From assembly GCA_964239055.1 (NCBI GenBank), contig CAXSON010000009.1, positions 1 through 64,000 of the forward strand: a stretch of 64,000 bases of DNA, in the 5' to 3' direction. Below the pieces are notes generated by a model, which had not been told where the DNA came from, ran no database searches, and saw only the letters and a program-made list of their open reading frames with translations. Origin of the DNA: Fusobacterium perfoetens ATCC 29250. GTDB lineage: Bacteria; Fusobacteriota; Fusobacteriia; Fusobacteriales; Fusobacteriaceae. The position numbers were made by a program, and so were the translations under genes. This document shows positions 31,446 through 40,615 of this stretch, piece by piece; within the stretch, counting starts at the first letter, position 1; each line of letters opens with the position of its first letter.

Positions 31446-32810
31446 ATGGAAAAAGTCAGTCTTGAAAAAGGAAGTGTAAAAAAGCTATTTTTTAGTTTTG
31501 CTGTACCAAGTATTGTCGGTATGCTTATTGTTTCAATGCAGATGATGATAGATGGTTTTTTTGTTGCAAATACAGTTGGAGCTCAAGGACTTGCAGCGAT
31601 AAATCTTTCAATGCCCGTTATAAGTTTTGTTATGAGTGTTTCTATGATGATATGTGCTGGAGGAGGGGTTTACTGCTCTATTGCTCTTGGAAATAATCAA
31701 AAAAGAAAAGCTAATGAAATATTTTCTTTTACTTTTGCAGTTTATCTTACAATACTTGGTAGTTTTTCTTTAATAGGATTTATTTTTATTGATGAAATTA
31801 TAAAAGTTTTAGGAGCAACTTCTTCACTTGCTGTTATGGTAAAGCCATATCTTTTAACGATGCTTCTTCTAAATATATTTTATAATTTTCCGATTTTTAC
31901 AGAAACATTTATAAAAATAGCAAACAAACCGCATTTTGTTTTTATAAGCTGTTTTACCTGTTTTACAGGAAATGTTATAGGAGACTACATTTTTATTGTT
32001 AAGCTTGGAATGGGTGTTTTTGGAGCAGCTCTTGCAACTTGTCTGGCTGATGGAATTGCAGGACTCATTCTTATGAGACAATATATAAAATCAAGAAGTG
32101 CAATCTCTCTTGTAAAACCAAAAGGAGACAGAAAACTTTTAGGCAAAATTTTATACAATGGAAGTTCTGAAATGCTTACTGTTGTTTCTAGTGCTGTTGC
32201 AACATTTATTTTTAATCTTATTCTTATGAAAAGAATCGGTGAGATAGGAGTATCTGCTCTTACTATTGTTTTTTATGTAAATGCTGTAGTCAGTATCTGT
32301 CTTTACGGACTTTCTCAAGCACTTCAGCCTATTGTTTCATATAATCTTGGAGCAAAAAGAATTGATAAGATAAAAGAAGTTTTGAGAACTGCTTTTGTAA
32401 CAGGAGCAGGAATTGGAATTTTCTTTTTTATTGTGATGAAATTAAAAAGTTCTTTTGTTGTTGAAATGTTTTCTAAAGGAAATAAGGAACTTGAACTTCT
32501 TACAAATGAAGTTTTAAATATAGTTGTATTTCAATATCTTTTTTCTTTTGTAAATATAACTGCAAGTTCTTTTCTTACTGCTGTGGAAAAACCTCTCGAA
32601 TCTGGAGTTGTAGCTTTTGCAAGATCTCTTGTTTTTACAGCAGGATTTCTTCTTACTCTTCCCCTTATTTTGGGAAATACAGGTTTATGGCTTGCTCTTC
32701 CTGTGGGAGAATTTTTCTGTATGACAGTAAGCATTCCTCTTATGGTTTTTTCTTACAAAAAAATTAAAACTAAAATTCTGAAAAGCATTGACAAAACTGT
32801 AAAAATATAA
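31446..32810 (+). CDS. MATE-family efflux transporter
   Basis: 454 aa, 12 predicted TM helices; MATE N-terminal pattern. Confidence 0.75.
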   Translation: MEKVSLEKGSVKKLFFSFAVPSIVGMLIVSMQMMIDGFFVANTVGAQGLAAINLSMPVISFVMSVSMMICAGGGVYCSIALGNNQKRKANEIFSFTFAVYLTILGSFSLIGFIFIDEIIKVLGATSSLAVMVKPYLLTMLLLNIFYNFPIFTETFIKIANKPHFVFISCFTCFTGNVIGDYIFIVKLGMGVFGAALATCLADGIAGLILMRQYIKSRSAISLVKPKGDRKLLGKILYNGSSEMLTVVSSAVATFIFNLILMKRIGEIGVSALTIVFYVNAVVSICLYGLSQALQPIVSYNLGAKRIDKIKEVLRTAFVTGAGIGIFFFIVMKLKSSFVVEMFSKGNKELELLTNEVLNIVVFQYLFSFVNITASSFLTAVEKPLESGVVAFARSLVFTAGFLLTLPLILGNTGLWLALPVGEFFCMTVSIPLMVFSYKKIKTKILKSIDKTVKI

Positions 32811-32948
32811 TACTATGAATTAAATAAAAAATAATAATTTTAATTAAATATCAAAGGGGAGTAGTTGATAATCACAGTGTCAACAATCACGTTTAATCTT
32901 TAGGGTTAATCTGGTGCTGTGAACCTAATTTCACTTAGTAGGTAACGA

Positions 32949-33004
32949 GACTTTTAATATAGTTTTTTGTATTACACAAAATCTATATTGAAAGTCTTTT
33001 TTTA
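32949..33004 (+). terminator. Strong intrinsic terminator after the MATE gene
   Basis: 14-bp stem gacttttaatatag / ctatattgaaagtc followed by TTTTTTTT. Confidence 0.7.
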
Positions 33005-33019
33005 TTAATAAAAAAATTT

Positions 33020-33260
33020 CCCTGCATTGAAAAAAATTTCGTGATTTATGCAGCGAACTGAACGCTAAAAAATGATATGTTTGAGGGCAAAGCCCGAGTT
33101 TATCATTTTTAGTGAAGTGAGCAAAATAAATAGAAAATTTTTCACCAGCAGGGCGGGTTTCTTTTCGGATATGCAGAAGACGAACAACTGATAAAAAGTT
33201 CGGCGACTAGCAGAGCCGACGAACCGAGAAATTTTATTTATTAAATTTCTTGGTTTGCTC
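33020..33260. repeat. MITE-like structured intergenic repeat, copy 4 (subfamily B), with GC-rich 3' extension
   Basis: TIRs CCCTGCATTGAAAAA / TTTTCACCAGCAGGGC (33020-33156); followed by an unusually GC-rich hairpin-forming segment gttcggcgactagcagagccgacgaac. Confidence 0.7.
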
Positions 33261-33317
33261 ATCTTTTAAAAAATAATTTATTTATAAAAAATTTAATATA
33301 TATAAAAGGAGCAAACA

Positions 33318-35930
33318 ATGAAAAAATATTTTTTTAAATCAAAAGAAGAAGTTTTGAAAGAATTTTCTGTAACTGAAAAAGGTCTTACAAAAGAGCAGGC
33401 AGAACTTTCAAAAAACCTTTATGGTGTAAATGAACTTCAAGAACACGAAAAAGAAAAAGCATGGGTTATCTTTCTTTCGCAATTTAAAGATTTCCTTGTA
33501 ATAATTCTTATTATTGCAGGAATAATTTCCATGATGACAGGAAATATTGAAAGTACTGTTGTTATTTTCTCTGTTATTATTATGAATGCAATTTTAGGAA
33601 CTGTTCAGCACTTAAAAGCTGAATCATCGCTTGAAAGTCTTAGAAATATGGCATCTCCAAAAGCAAAAGTTATGAGAGACGGAGTTAAAATGGAAATTCC
33701 TTCTAAAGATGTTGTGGCAGGAGACATTATTTTTCTGGAAGCAGGAGACATTGTTCCAGCTGACGGAAGAGTTTTAGAAAGTTTTTCACTTATGGTAAAT
33801 GAAAGTTCTCTTACAGGAGAATCTGAAAGCGTTGATAAATTTTCTGAAGCAATAGATGAAGAAAATATTCCTCTTGGAGACCAGAAAAATATGGCTTTCT
33901 CTGGAAGCCTTGTTACATATGGAAGAGGGGTTGTTGTTATAACTGCTGTTGGTATGAAAACAGAGCTTGGAAAAATTGCAAGCCTTATGAAAGAAACTAA
34001 AGACAAAGCTACACCTCTTCAAGTTTCTCTTGATAACTTTGGTAAAAAACTTTCAATATCAATACTTGTTCTTTGCGGAATTGTTTTTGCAATAAATATT
34101 TATCACGGAGTAAATATCCTTGAATCTCTTTTATTTGCTGTTGCTCTTGCTGTTGCTGCAATTCCTGAAGCACTTAGCTCAATAGTTACAATCGTTCTTG
34201 CAATAGGAACACAAAAGATGTCAAAAGAAAATGCAATAATAAAAAAATTAAAAGCTGTTGAGGGGCTTGGTTCTATATCTGTAATCTGTTCTGATAAAAC
34301 AGGAACACTTACACAAAACAAAATGACTTCTAAAAAAATATATGTAAACAATACTCTTATTAATACAGAAGACATTAATATAAATGACAAATATCAAAGA
34401 ATGCTTCTTGATTTTGGAGCCTTATGCAGTGATGCTGTAAGTGAAGGTGGAAAAGAAATCGGTGACCCTACTGAAGTTGCTCTTACAAATCTTGTAAGAA
34501 AATTTGATTTAAGCGAACTTGAAATCAGAAAAGAATATCCAAGACTTTCTGAAATTCCTTTTGACTCTGACAGAAAACTTATGAGTACACTTCATAAAAT
34601 TGATGGAAAAATTTATATGGTAACAAAAGGAGCTTTAGATATTCTTCTTAAAAGAACAAAATATATCTGTGATGAAAATGGAATAAGACCTGTTACTGAT
34701 GAAGATATTGTAAAAATTGAAAATGTAAACTATGAACTTTCAAGCAATGGTTTAAGAGTTCTTGCATTTACATTTAAAAACTTCTCTGCTGAAAAAGAGC
34801 TTACAAAAGAAGATGAAAATGATTATATCTTCTTCGGGCTTATCAGTATGATTGACCCTCCGAGAGAAGAATCAAAAGAAGCTGTTAAAAATTGTTTAAA
34901 AGCTGGAATAAAACCTGTTATGATTACAGGAGACCATAAAGTTACTGCTGTTGCAATAGCAAAAGAAATTGGAATATTTAAAGACGGAGATACTGCCCTT
35001 AATGGTGTAGAACTTAGCGGAATGACAGATGAAGAACTTCATGAAAAAATTGAAAATATTTCTGTATATGCAAGAGTTTCTCCAGAAGACAAAATAAGAA
35101 TAGTTTCAGCCTGGCAGTCAAGAGGAAAAATTTGTGCTATGACAGGAGACGGAGTTAATGATGCTCCCGCTCTTAAAAAAGCAGATATTGGAATTGCAAT
35201 GGGAATTACCGGAACTGAAGTTTCAAAAGATGCTGCTTCAATGATTCTTGCTGATGACAATTTTGCAACAATAGTTAAAGCTGTAGCAACAGGAAGAAAT
35301 ATTTATGCAAATATTAAAAACTCAATAAGATTTTTACTTTCTGGAAATATGGCAGGAATCCTTTCTGTATTCTATGCTTCAGTAGCTGGCCTTGCAATGC
35401 CTTTTGCACCTGTGCATCTTTTATTTATAAATCTTTTAACAGACAGCCTGCCTGCAATAGCAATCGGTATGGAACCCGGAAAAGATAATGTACTTGAAGA
35501 AAAACCAAGAGATATAAATGAACCTATCTTAGATAAAAACCTTTCTGTAAAAATTATGCTTGAAGGATTTTTAATTGCAGTATTTACTATGGCTGGATAT
35601 TATATCGGTCTTCAAAGTGGAAATGAAAAAGTTGCAAGCACAATGGCATTTGCAATTCTTTGTCTAGCAAGACTGTTCCACGGATTTAACTGCAGAGGTA
35701 AAAACAGTATAATAAAACTTGGACTTCTTTCAAATATTTATTCTGTTTTTGCATTTTTAGTAGGCACTTTCCTATTAAATATGATATTATTTAATCACAG
35801 CATAGGAAATCTTTTTGAAGTAGCTGTACTTTCAAAATCTCAGCTTGGATATATTTATCTTTTTGCATTTATTCCTACTGTTGTAGTTCAAATATGCAGA
35901 TTTGTAAAATATGATTTAAGAAATAAATAG
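33318..35930 (+). CDS. Cation-transporting P-type ATPase (P2, Ca2+-type)
   Basis: DKTGTLT phosphorylation motif; TGDGVNDAPALKKADIG; 870 aa with N-terminal cation-ATPase domain and 10 TM helices. Confidence 0.85.
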   Translation: MKKYFFKSKEEVLKEFSVTEKGLTKEQAELSKNLYGVNELQEHEKEKAWVIFLSQFKDFLVIILIIAGIISMMTGNIESTVVIFSVIIMNAILGTVQHLKAESSLESLRNMASPKAKVMRDGVKMEIPSKDVVAGDIIFLEAGDIVPADGRVLESFSLMVNESSLTGESESVDKFSEAIDEENIPLGDQKNMAFSGSLVTYGRGVVVITAVGMKTELGKIASLMKETKDKATPLQVSLDNFGKKLSISILVLCGIVFAINIYHGVNILESLLFAVALAVAAIPEALSSIVTIVLAIGTQKMSKENAIIKKLKAVEGLGSISVICSDKTGTLTQNKMTSKKIYVNNTLINTEDININDKYQRMLLDFGALCSDAVSEGGKEIGDPTEVALTNLVRKFDLSELEIRKEYPRLSEIPFDSDRKLMSTLHKIDGKIYMVTKGALDILLKRTKYICDENGIRPVTDEDIVKIENVNYELSSNGLRVLAFTFKNFSAEKELTKEDENDYIFFGLISMIDPPREESKEAVKNCLKAGIKPVMITGDHKVTAVAIAKEIGIFKDGDTALNGVELSGMTDEELHEKIENISVYARVSPEDKIRIVSAWQSRGKICAMTGDGVNDAPALKKADIGIAMGITGTEVSKDAASMILADDNFATIVKAVATGRNIYANIKNSIRFLLSGNMAGILSVFYASVAGLAMPFAPVHLLFINLLTDSLPAIAIGMEPGKDNVLEEKPRDINEPILDKNLSVKIMLEGFLIAVFTMAGYYIGLQSGNEKVASTMAFAILCLARLFHGFNCRGKNSIIKLGLLSNIYSVFAFLVGTFLLNMILFNHSIGNLFEVAVLSKSQLGYIYLFAFIPTVVVQICRFVKYDLRNK

Positions 35931-35961
35931 AAAAATAAAAAAGAAAAGGAGACAGAGTAAT

Positions 35962-36327
35962 ATGAATTTTAAGAAAAATATTCTATATTCCAAAAAATTT
36001 ATACTATTTTTGTTTATGATACTCTCTTATGCAGTATCATATGCAGAACCTGTTTCCTCTTCTAACATATTAAAAAAAGAAACTGAAAAAACTTATATTG
36101 TTGAGACAAGTTCACATAATTTTAGTGAGTATTATATAGGTGCAGAAAAAAATAATACCATTATTCACTATTATGAAGATAAACATGAAAGCAGTTTTGT
36201 CTCTCCAAAAATAAAAGATTTTTTTATTGAAAAAGAATGTGAAGAATATTTTAATCTTATTTTTAAAAATCCAGTTCATTCTTTTTACATCATAGCAACA
36301 GATATAACCCGCTCTATGAGAGATTAA
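35962..36327 (+). CDS. Hypothetical secreted protein
   Basis: Signal peptide; AGGAG RBS. Confidence 0.45.
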   Translation: MNFKKNILYSKKFILFLFMILSYAVSYAEPVSSSNILKKETEKTYIVETSSHNFSEYYIGAEKNNTIIHYYEDKHESSFVSPKIKDFFIEKECEEYFNLIFKNPVHSFYIIATDITRSMRD

Positions 36328-36377
36328 ATTTTGTAACTGTTTTCACAAAAATTAATCTATATTAGCGGAGGAAATAT

Positions 36378-36584
36378 ATGGAAACTATGAAAACAACTTT
36401 AACTGATGATTTAAGATATGACAGAGCAAAATATTTAAGAAACCTTGAAAGAAGCAGAAATGAAAAATATTATAAGATGGATACAGAGGCTGTAGTAAGC
36501 TCATATGCAATCTTCTTTGCATATGTTGGAATATGCCTTTTTTATCTTTATCTTTTCTGTGAATACCTTTTAACATTAGTATAG
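36378..36584 (+). CDS. Hypothetical small tail-anchored membrane protein
   Basis: 68 aa with GGAGG RBS, charged N-terminus and C-terminal TM helix. Confidence 0.4.
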   Translation: METMKTTLTDDLRYDRAKYLRNLERSRNEKYYKMDTEAVVSSYAIFFAYVGICLFYLYLFCEYLLTLV

Positions 36585-36591
36585 AAAAACA

Positions 36592-36631
36592 AAAGGATTG
36601 CTGAATATAATTTCACAGCAATCCTTTTTTT
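36592..36631 (+). terminator. Intrinsic terminator
   Basis: aaaggattgctg...cagcaatccttt hairpin followed by TTTTTTT. Confidence 0.7.
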
Positions 36632-36708
36632 ATTGTTAACTTTTCAAAATTTAAAAATTTACTTTAAAAGATTTCTATTTTAAAATAAAATCTTGGAGGT
36701 GTTTTTGT

Positions 36709-37680
36709 ATGAAATTTGATTTTAATAAATATATTGATGAAGATATTACAAAAGAAGAAGCTCTTGCTCTTGTTAATTTAAAAGGAAATGATCTTTTATA
36801 TCTTTTTGCTGCAGCTGATAAAATAAGAAATAAATACTGCGGAAATATTTTAGAAAGCTGTACAATAACAAATGCAAAATCTGGAAAATGTTCTGAAGAT
36901 TGCAAATTTTGTGCTCAGTCAGTCTGGTATAATACAAATATCAAATCTTATCCTATAAAAGATAGAGAAACTTTAAAAAAAGAATTTTATGAAGCTGAAA
37001 AAAATAAAAGTATGAGGTTTGGAATTGTGACAGCTGGGAAAAAAATGGAATCTGGAACAGAAGAATTTAATACTGTTCTTGAATTTATAAAAGAAATTAC
37101 AGATGAAAATCCCAATGCTGAAATCTGCTGTTCATTGGGGCTTTTAGGTGAAAAAGAACTTTTAGAATTAAAAAAAGCCGGAGCTGTGAGATACCACTGC
37201 AATATCCAGACTTCACCTGACACCTACTCTATTTATGCTGCTGCAACACACTCTTTTAAAGAAAGAATTGAAACTATAAAAAATGCACAAAAAGCGGGAT
37301 TTGAAATCTGCTCTGGTGGAATTATTGGAATGGGAGAAAGTTTTGAAGACAGAATTAATATGGCTTTTACCTTAAAAGAACTTGATGTTGATGGAATTCC
37401 TCTGAATATTTTAAATCCTATTAAAAATACTCAACATGGAGAAAAAGAAATTCTTTCTGCAATTGAAGTTTTAAAAACTATTGCCATTTTCAGATTAATT
37501 TTAAAAAATAAAAATATTAAAATTGCAGCTGGACGAGAAAATATTTTTAAAGATTTTATGGGTTCAGGCTTTCTTTCTGGAGCAAATGGAATGCTTGCAG
37601 GCGGATATCTTACTGTCAAAGGAAGAAGTATTGAAGAAGATATTAATTTTATAGAAAATATTAAAAAATTATGGGATTAA
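36709..37680 (+). CDS. bioB: Biotin synthase (radical SAM)
   Basis: CSEDCKFCAQS matches the BioB CxxxCxxC context; 323 aa; HydE-type maturases share the fold, so the subfamily call is tentative. Confidence 0.6.
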   Translation: MKFDFNKYIDEDITKEEALALVNLKGNDLLYLFAAADKIRNKYCGNILESCTITNAKSGKCSEDCKFCAQSVWYNTNIKSYPIKDRETLKKEFYEAEKNKSMRFGIVTAGKKMESGTEEFNTVLEFIKEITDENPNAEICCSLGLLGEKELLELKKAGAVRYHCNIQTSPDTYSIYAAATHSFKERIETIKNAQKAGFEICSGGIIGMGESFEDRINMAFTLKELDVDGIPLNILNPIKNTQHGEKEILSAIEVLKTIAIFRLILKNKNIKIAAGRENIFKDFMGSGFLSGANGMLAGGYLTVKGRSIEEDINFIENIKKLWD

Positions 37681-37767
37681 ATATACATTTATATTATTTT
37701 TATGTGAATATTTTTCTGAATATGTTATAATTTTTATGAATCAAATATATTTAAGAGGTATTTATTT

Positions 37768-39048
37768 ATGAAAATAGCTATAATCGGAGCTCCCGATTCT
37801 GTTGATAAAATCTATTCTCTTTTATCTTCATCATACAGTGAAATTGATTTTATCACACGTTCTACTGAAAAAATAGATGATATGATAAATTTTATTCAAG
37901 ATATAGAAGAAAAAGTCGATGGATTTTATCTTACCGGAATTGGAGTTTACTCTGCACTAAACGAAAAAACAAATATAACAAAACCTGTTGTTTACACGAA
38001 AAGAGGTATAACTGGAATTATAAAATCTTTTTGGGATTTTCAAAAAGATAATTATGGAATTTTAGATTTAAAAGATGTAAAAATTGGTATTGACGTTGTT
38101 GATGAAAAAGATTTTTTAGAAACTCTCAGTGAATTTAATATTGAAATAAAAAATTATGATCATCAAAAATATAATTATCAAAAATCTGAAGAAGAATATT
38201 TGGAAGAATATTTAAAAAAAATTAAATCTAAAGAAATTAACTGTGTTTTTACTGCTTTTGGATATATTTATGGTGCTTTAAAAGAAAAAAATATTCCAGT
38301 GTATAGAGTTCAGGCAACAAATGTTGAAATTAGAGAAGAGTTTACAAACCTTTTAAATAGAATTAAAATGTCAAAAGTTGAAAACAGTAAAATTGGAATA
38401 GAAGTTATTAAAATTTTAAAATCAGATGAATTTTCAAATACAGACCTTGCACAAAAAATTCAATTTGAAAAAGAACTTCTTGCTTATGCTAAAGAAGTTG
38501 ATGGTAATATTCAGGTATCTGGAAATGATGAATATCTTATTTTCTCAAATAAAGGACTTTTAAATAATCCTGAAAATATTTCAACTATTCTTTCCATAAT
38601 TAAAAATAAAATAAAAAATCTTTCAGTAGCAGTAGGAATAGGAGAGGGAAATACTTTTTTCCTTTCTGAAAAAAATGCCAGATTTGCACTTAAATTAAGT
38701 ATAAATGAGGGAAATAATAATATCTTTTTTTCAGATGGAAATAATGTTAAAGGACCTCTTATGACTGAAAAAGAAATCGATTATAAAAATATTTCAGATG
38801 AAAAGACAGATGAAATTTCAAAAATCACAGGAGTAAGCACATCATATATAAATAAAATAAAATCTATAATCAAGAAAAAAGAAAAAAATTCTTTTACGAG
38901 TACTGAACTTTCAGAACTTTTAAATATTACAGAAAGAAGTACAAATAGAATTATTAAAAAAATTATTGAAAATGGATATGCTTCTGTTGAATTTGAAAAC
39001 TCTCCAGGAGCTGGAAGACCAAGAAGAAAAACACAATTTAATTTTTAA
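37768..39048 (+). CDS. Hypothetical regulator-like protein with C-terminal HTH and AT-hook-like GRPRRK tail
   Basis: 426 aa; C-terminal ELSELLNITERSTNRIIKKIIENGY helix-turn-helix pattern; ends PGAGRPRRKTQ. Confidence 0.4.
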   Translation: MKIAIIGAPDSVDKIYSLLSSSYSEIDFITRSTEKIDDMINFIQDIEEKVDGFYLTGIGVYSALNEKTNITKPVVYTKRGITGIIKSFWDFQKDNYGILDLKDVKIGIDVVDEKDFLETLSEFNIEIKNYDHQKYNYQKSEEEYLEEYLKKIKSKEINCVFTAFGYIYGALKEKNIPVYRVQATNVEIREEFTNLLNRIKMSKVENSKIGIEVIKILKSDEFSNTDLAQKIQFEKELLAYAKEVDGNIQVSGNDEYLIFSNKGLLNNPENISTILSIIKNKIKNLSVAVGIGEGNTFFLSEKNARFALKLSINEGNNNIFFSDGNNVKGPLMTEKEIDYKNISDEKTDEISKITGVSTSYINKIKSIIKKKEKNSFTSTELSELLNITERSTNRIIKKIIENGYASVEFENSPGAGRPRRKTQFNF

Positions 39049-39189
39049 AATATTTTTACAGGCAGTACAATTTTGTGCTGTCTTTTTTATTTTACATTTA
39101 AAACATATCTGCTTACCATTTTCAGTCTATTTCAAAAAAGTATATTTTTTGTATTTTATTTATAAAAAATATTTTTTTTCAGAACACTA

Positions 39190-39218
39190 TTGACAATTTT
39201 TAAAAAATATAATATACT
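39190..39218 (+). promoter_or_regulatory. Promoter TTGACA-17-TATACT for the DUF3100-M20 operon
   Basis: Consensus hexamers with 17-nt spacer, followed by small hairpin agtcctattaaggact. Confidence 0.5.
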
Positions 39219-39277
39219 TCTATCAAATAAAAGTCCTATTAAGGACAATGACTAAAATGAGATTTAGGGAGGATAAT

Positions 39278-40096
39278 ATGAAAAATTCTTTGTTAAAAGT
39301 TGTAATAACTACTCTTATTATCGTAGTTGTTACTGAAATGATTGGTAAAATTTCCATTCCAATTTGGAAAGTCAGCATTGTTTTATTCCCAATGTTATAT
39401 GCTGTTGTAATTGGCCTTTTCATCACACCTGATTTACTTGGAAGTAAAATTACTGCACTGAAAAAAATAATCAACCAAGATGAAATTAAACTTGCTGGAG
39501 AATTTGTTGCAATGGGACTTCTTATTCTTGGAGTTAAATATGGTACTCTTGCAGGACCAAATGTTCAAAAAATATTAGCTGCCGGACCTGCTTTCCTTGC
39601 ACAAGAATGCGGACATATTTTATCACCAATAGTTGCACTTCCTTTAGCTCTTTTCCTAGGAATGAAAAGAGAAGCAATTGGAGCAACATCAAGTATAAGC
39701 AGAGAACCTTCTCTTGGAGTTATCGGAGAAAAATACGGAATAGATTCTCCTGAAGGAAGCGGAGTTTTAGGAACTTACCTTATAGGAACTGTTATAGGAA
39801 CAATAATATTCGGAATTTTAGGTTCTGTTTCAATATATTCAGGAATTCACCCTTATGCACTAGGAATGGCATGCGGAGTTGGAAGCGGAAGTATGATGAG
39901 TGCTGCATCAGCTGCTCTTGTAGAAATGGTTCCTCATGATATGCAGAGTACAGTTCTTGCCTATGCTGCAACAAGTAATATGCTTTCAGGAATAACAGGA
40001 GTAAACTTCCTTATTTTTGTAACACTGCCGCTTACAAATAAAATGTATGCTGTTTTAGAACCTATTTTAGGAAGAGGAAAAGGAGGAAAAAAATAA
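39278..40096 (+). CDS. DUF3100-family integral membrane protein
   Basis: Multi-TM; start at the ATG preceded by an AGGGAGG RBS (the ORF-track start 39248 has no RBS). Confidence 0.55.
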   Translation: MKNSLLKVVITTLIIVVVTEMIGKISIPIWKVSIVLFPMLYAVVIGLFITPDLLGSKITALKKIINQDEIKLAGEFVAMGLLILGVKYGTLAGPNVQKILAAGPAFLAQECGHILSPIVALPLALFLGMKREAIGATSSISREPSLGVIGEKYGIDSPEGSGVLGTYLIGTVIGTIIFGILGSVSIYSGIHPYALGMACGVGSGSMMSAASAALVEMVPHDMQSTVLAYAATSNMLSGITGVNFLIFVTLPLTNKMYAVLEPILGRGKGGKK

Positions 40097-40560
40097 TGAC
40101 TGTAAATATGCCAAGATTAATAAGAAACACAGGGCTTTTAGCTGTTGCAGGTATGCTTGTTTTAATTACTCAAAAAGTTGGACTTGGAATGCCTATACTA
40201 GATGCAGTTCCAGGAATGATAATTATTATTGGTGTTGCTGTTATTGCTCTTATTATAAGAGAGCTTTTTCCAAAATCAATTTTTCCTGCTTTTGGATGGG
40301 TTACAATTTTAGGTTTTCTTTTCAGTATGCCTTACAACCCTTTGTCAGTTAAATTTATGGAATATACAGACAAAATAAACTTTATGGCAATAACAACACC
40401 TCTTCTTGCTTTTGCAGGACTTTCTGTTGGAAATAAAATTGATGAACTTAAAAAAATGTCTTGGAAAATAATTTTAATTTCAATAATAGTTTTCGTAACA
40501 ATATTCTTTGCATGTGCACTTATTGCAGAAACAGTTTTAAGATTAAGAGGAGATATTTAA
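40096..40560 (+). CDS. Small integral membrane protein (partner of DUF3100)
   Basis: 154 aa, 4-5 TM helices; translationally coupled (ATAATG overlap). Confidence 0.5.
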   Translation: MTVNMPRLIRNTGLLAVAGMLVLITQKVGLGMPILDAVPGMIIIIGVAVIALIIRELFPKSIFPAFGWVTILGFLFSMPYNPLSVKFMEYTDKINFMAITTPLLAFAGLSVGNKIDELKKMSWKIILISIIVFVTIFFACALIAETVLRLRGDI

Positions 40561-40615
40561 AATCTGCAGATTATATAAAAATAAAAAGATGAAAAATCTT
40601 TAGGAGGATTTAAAA

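Noticed and set aside
33065-33262. 65-aa minus-strand ORF across repeat copy 4 and its GC-rich extension
   Set aside because: It overlaps the repeat element and has no RBS. The reading frame is explained by the repeat sequence, not by coding.
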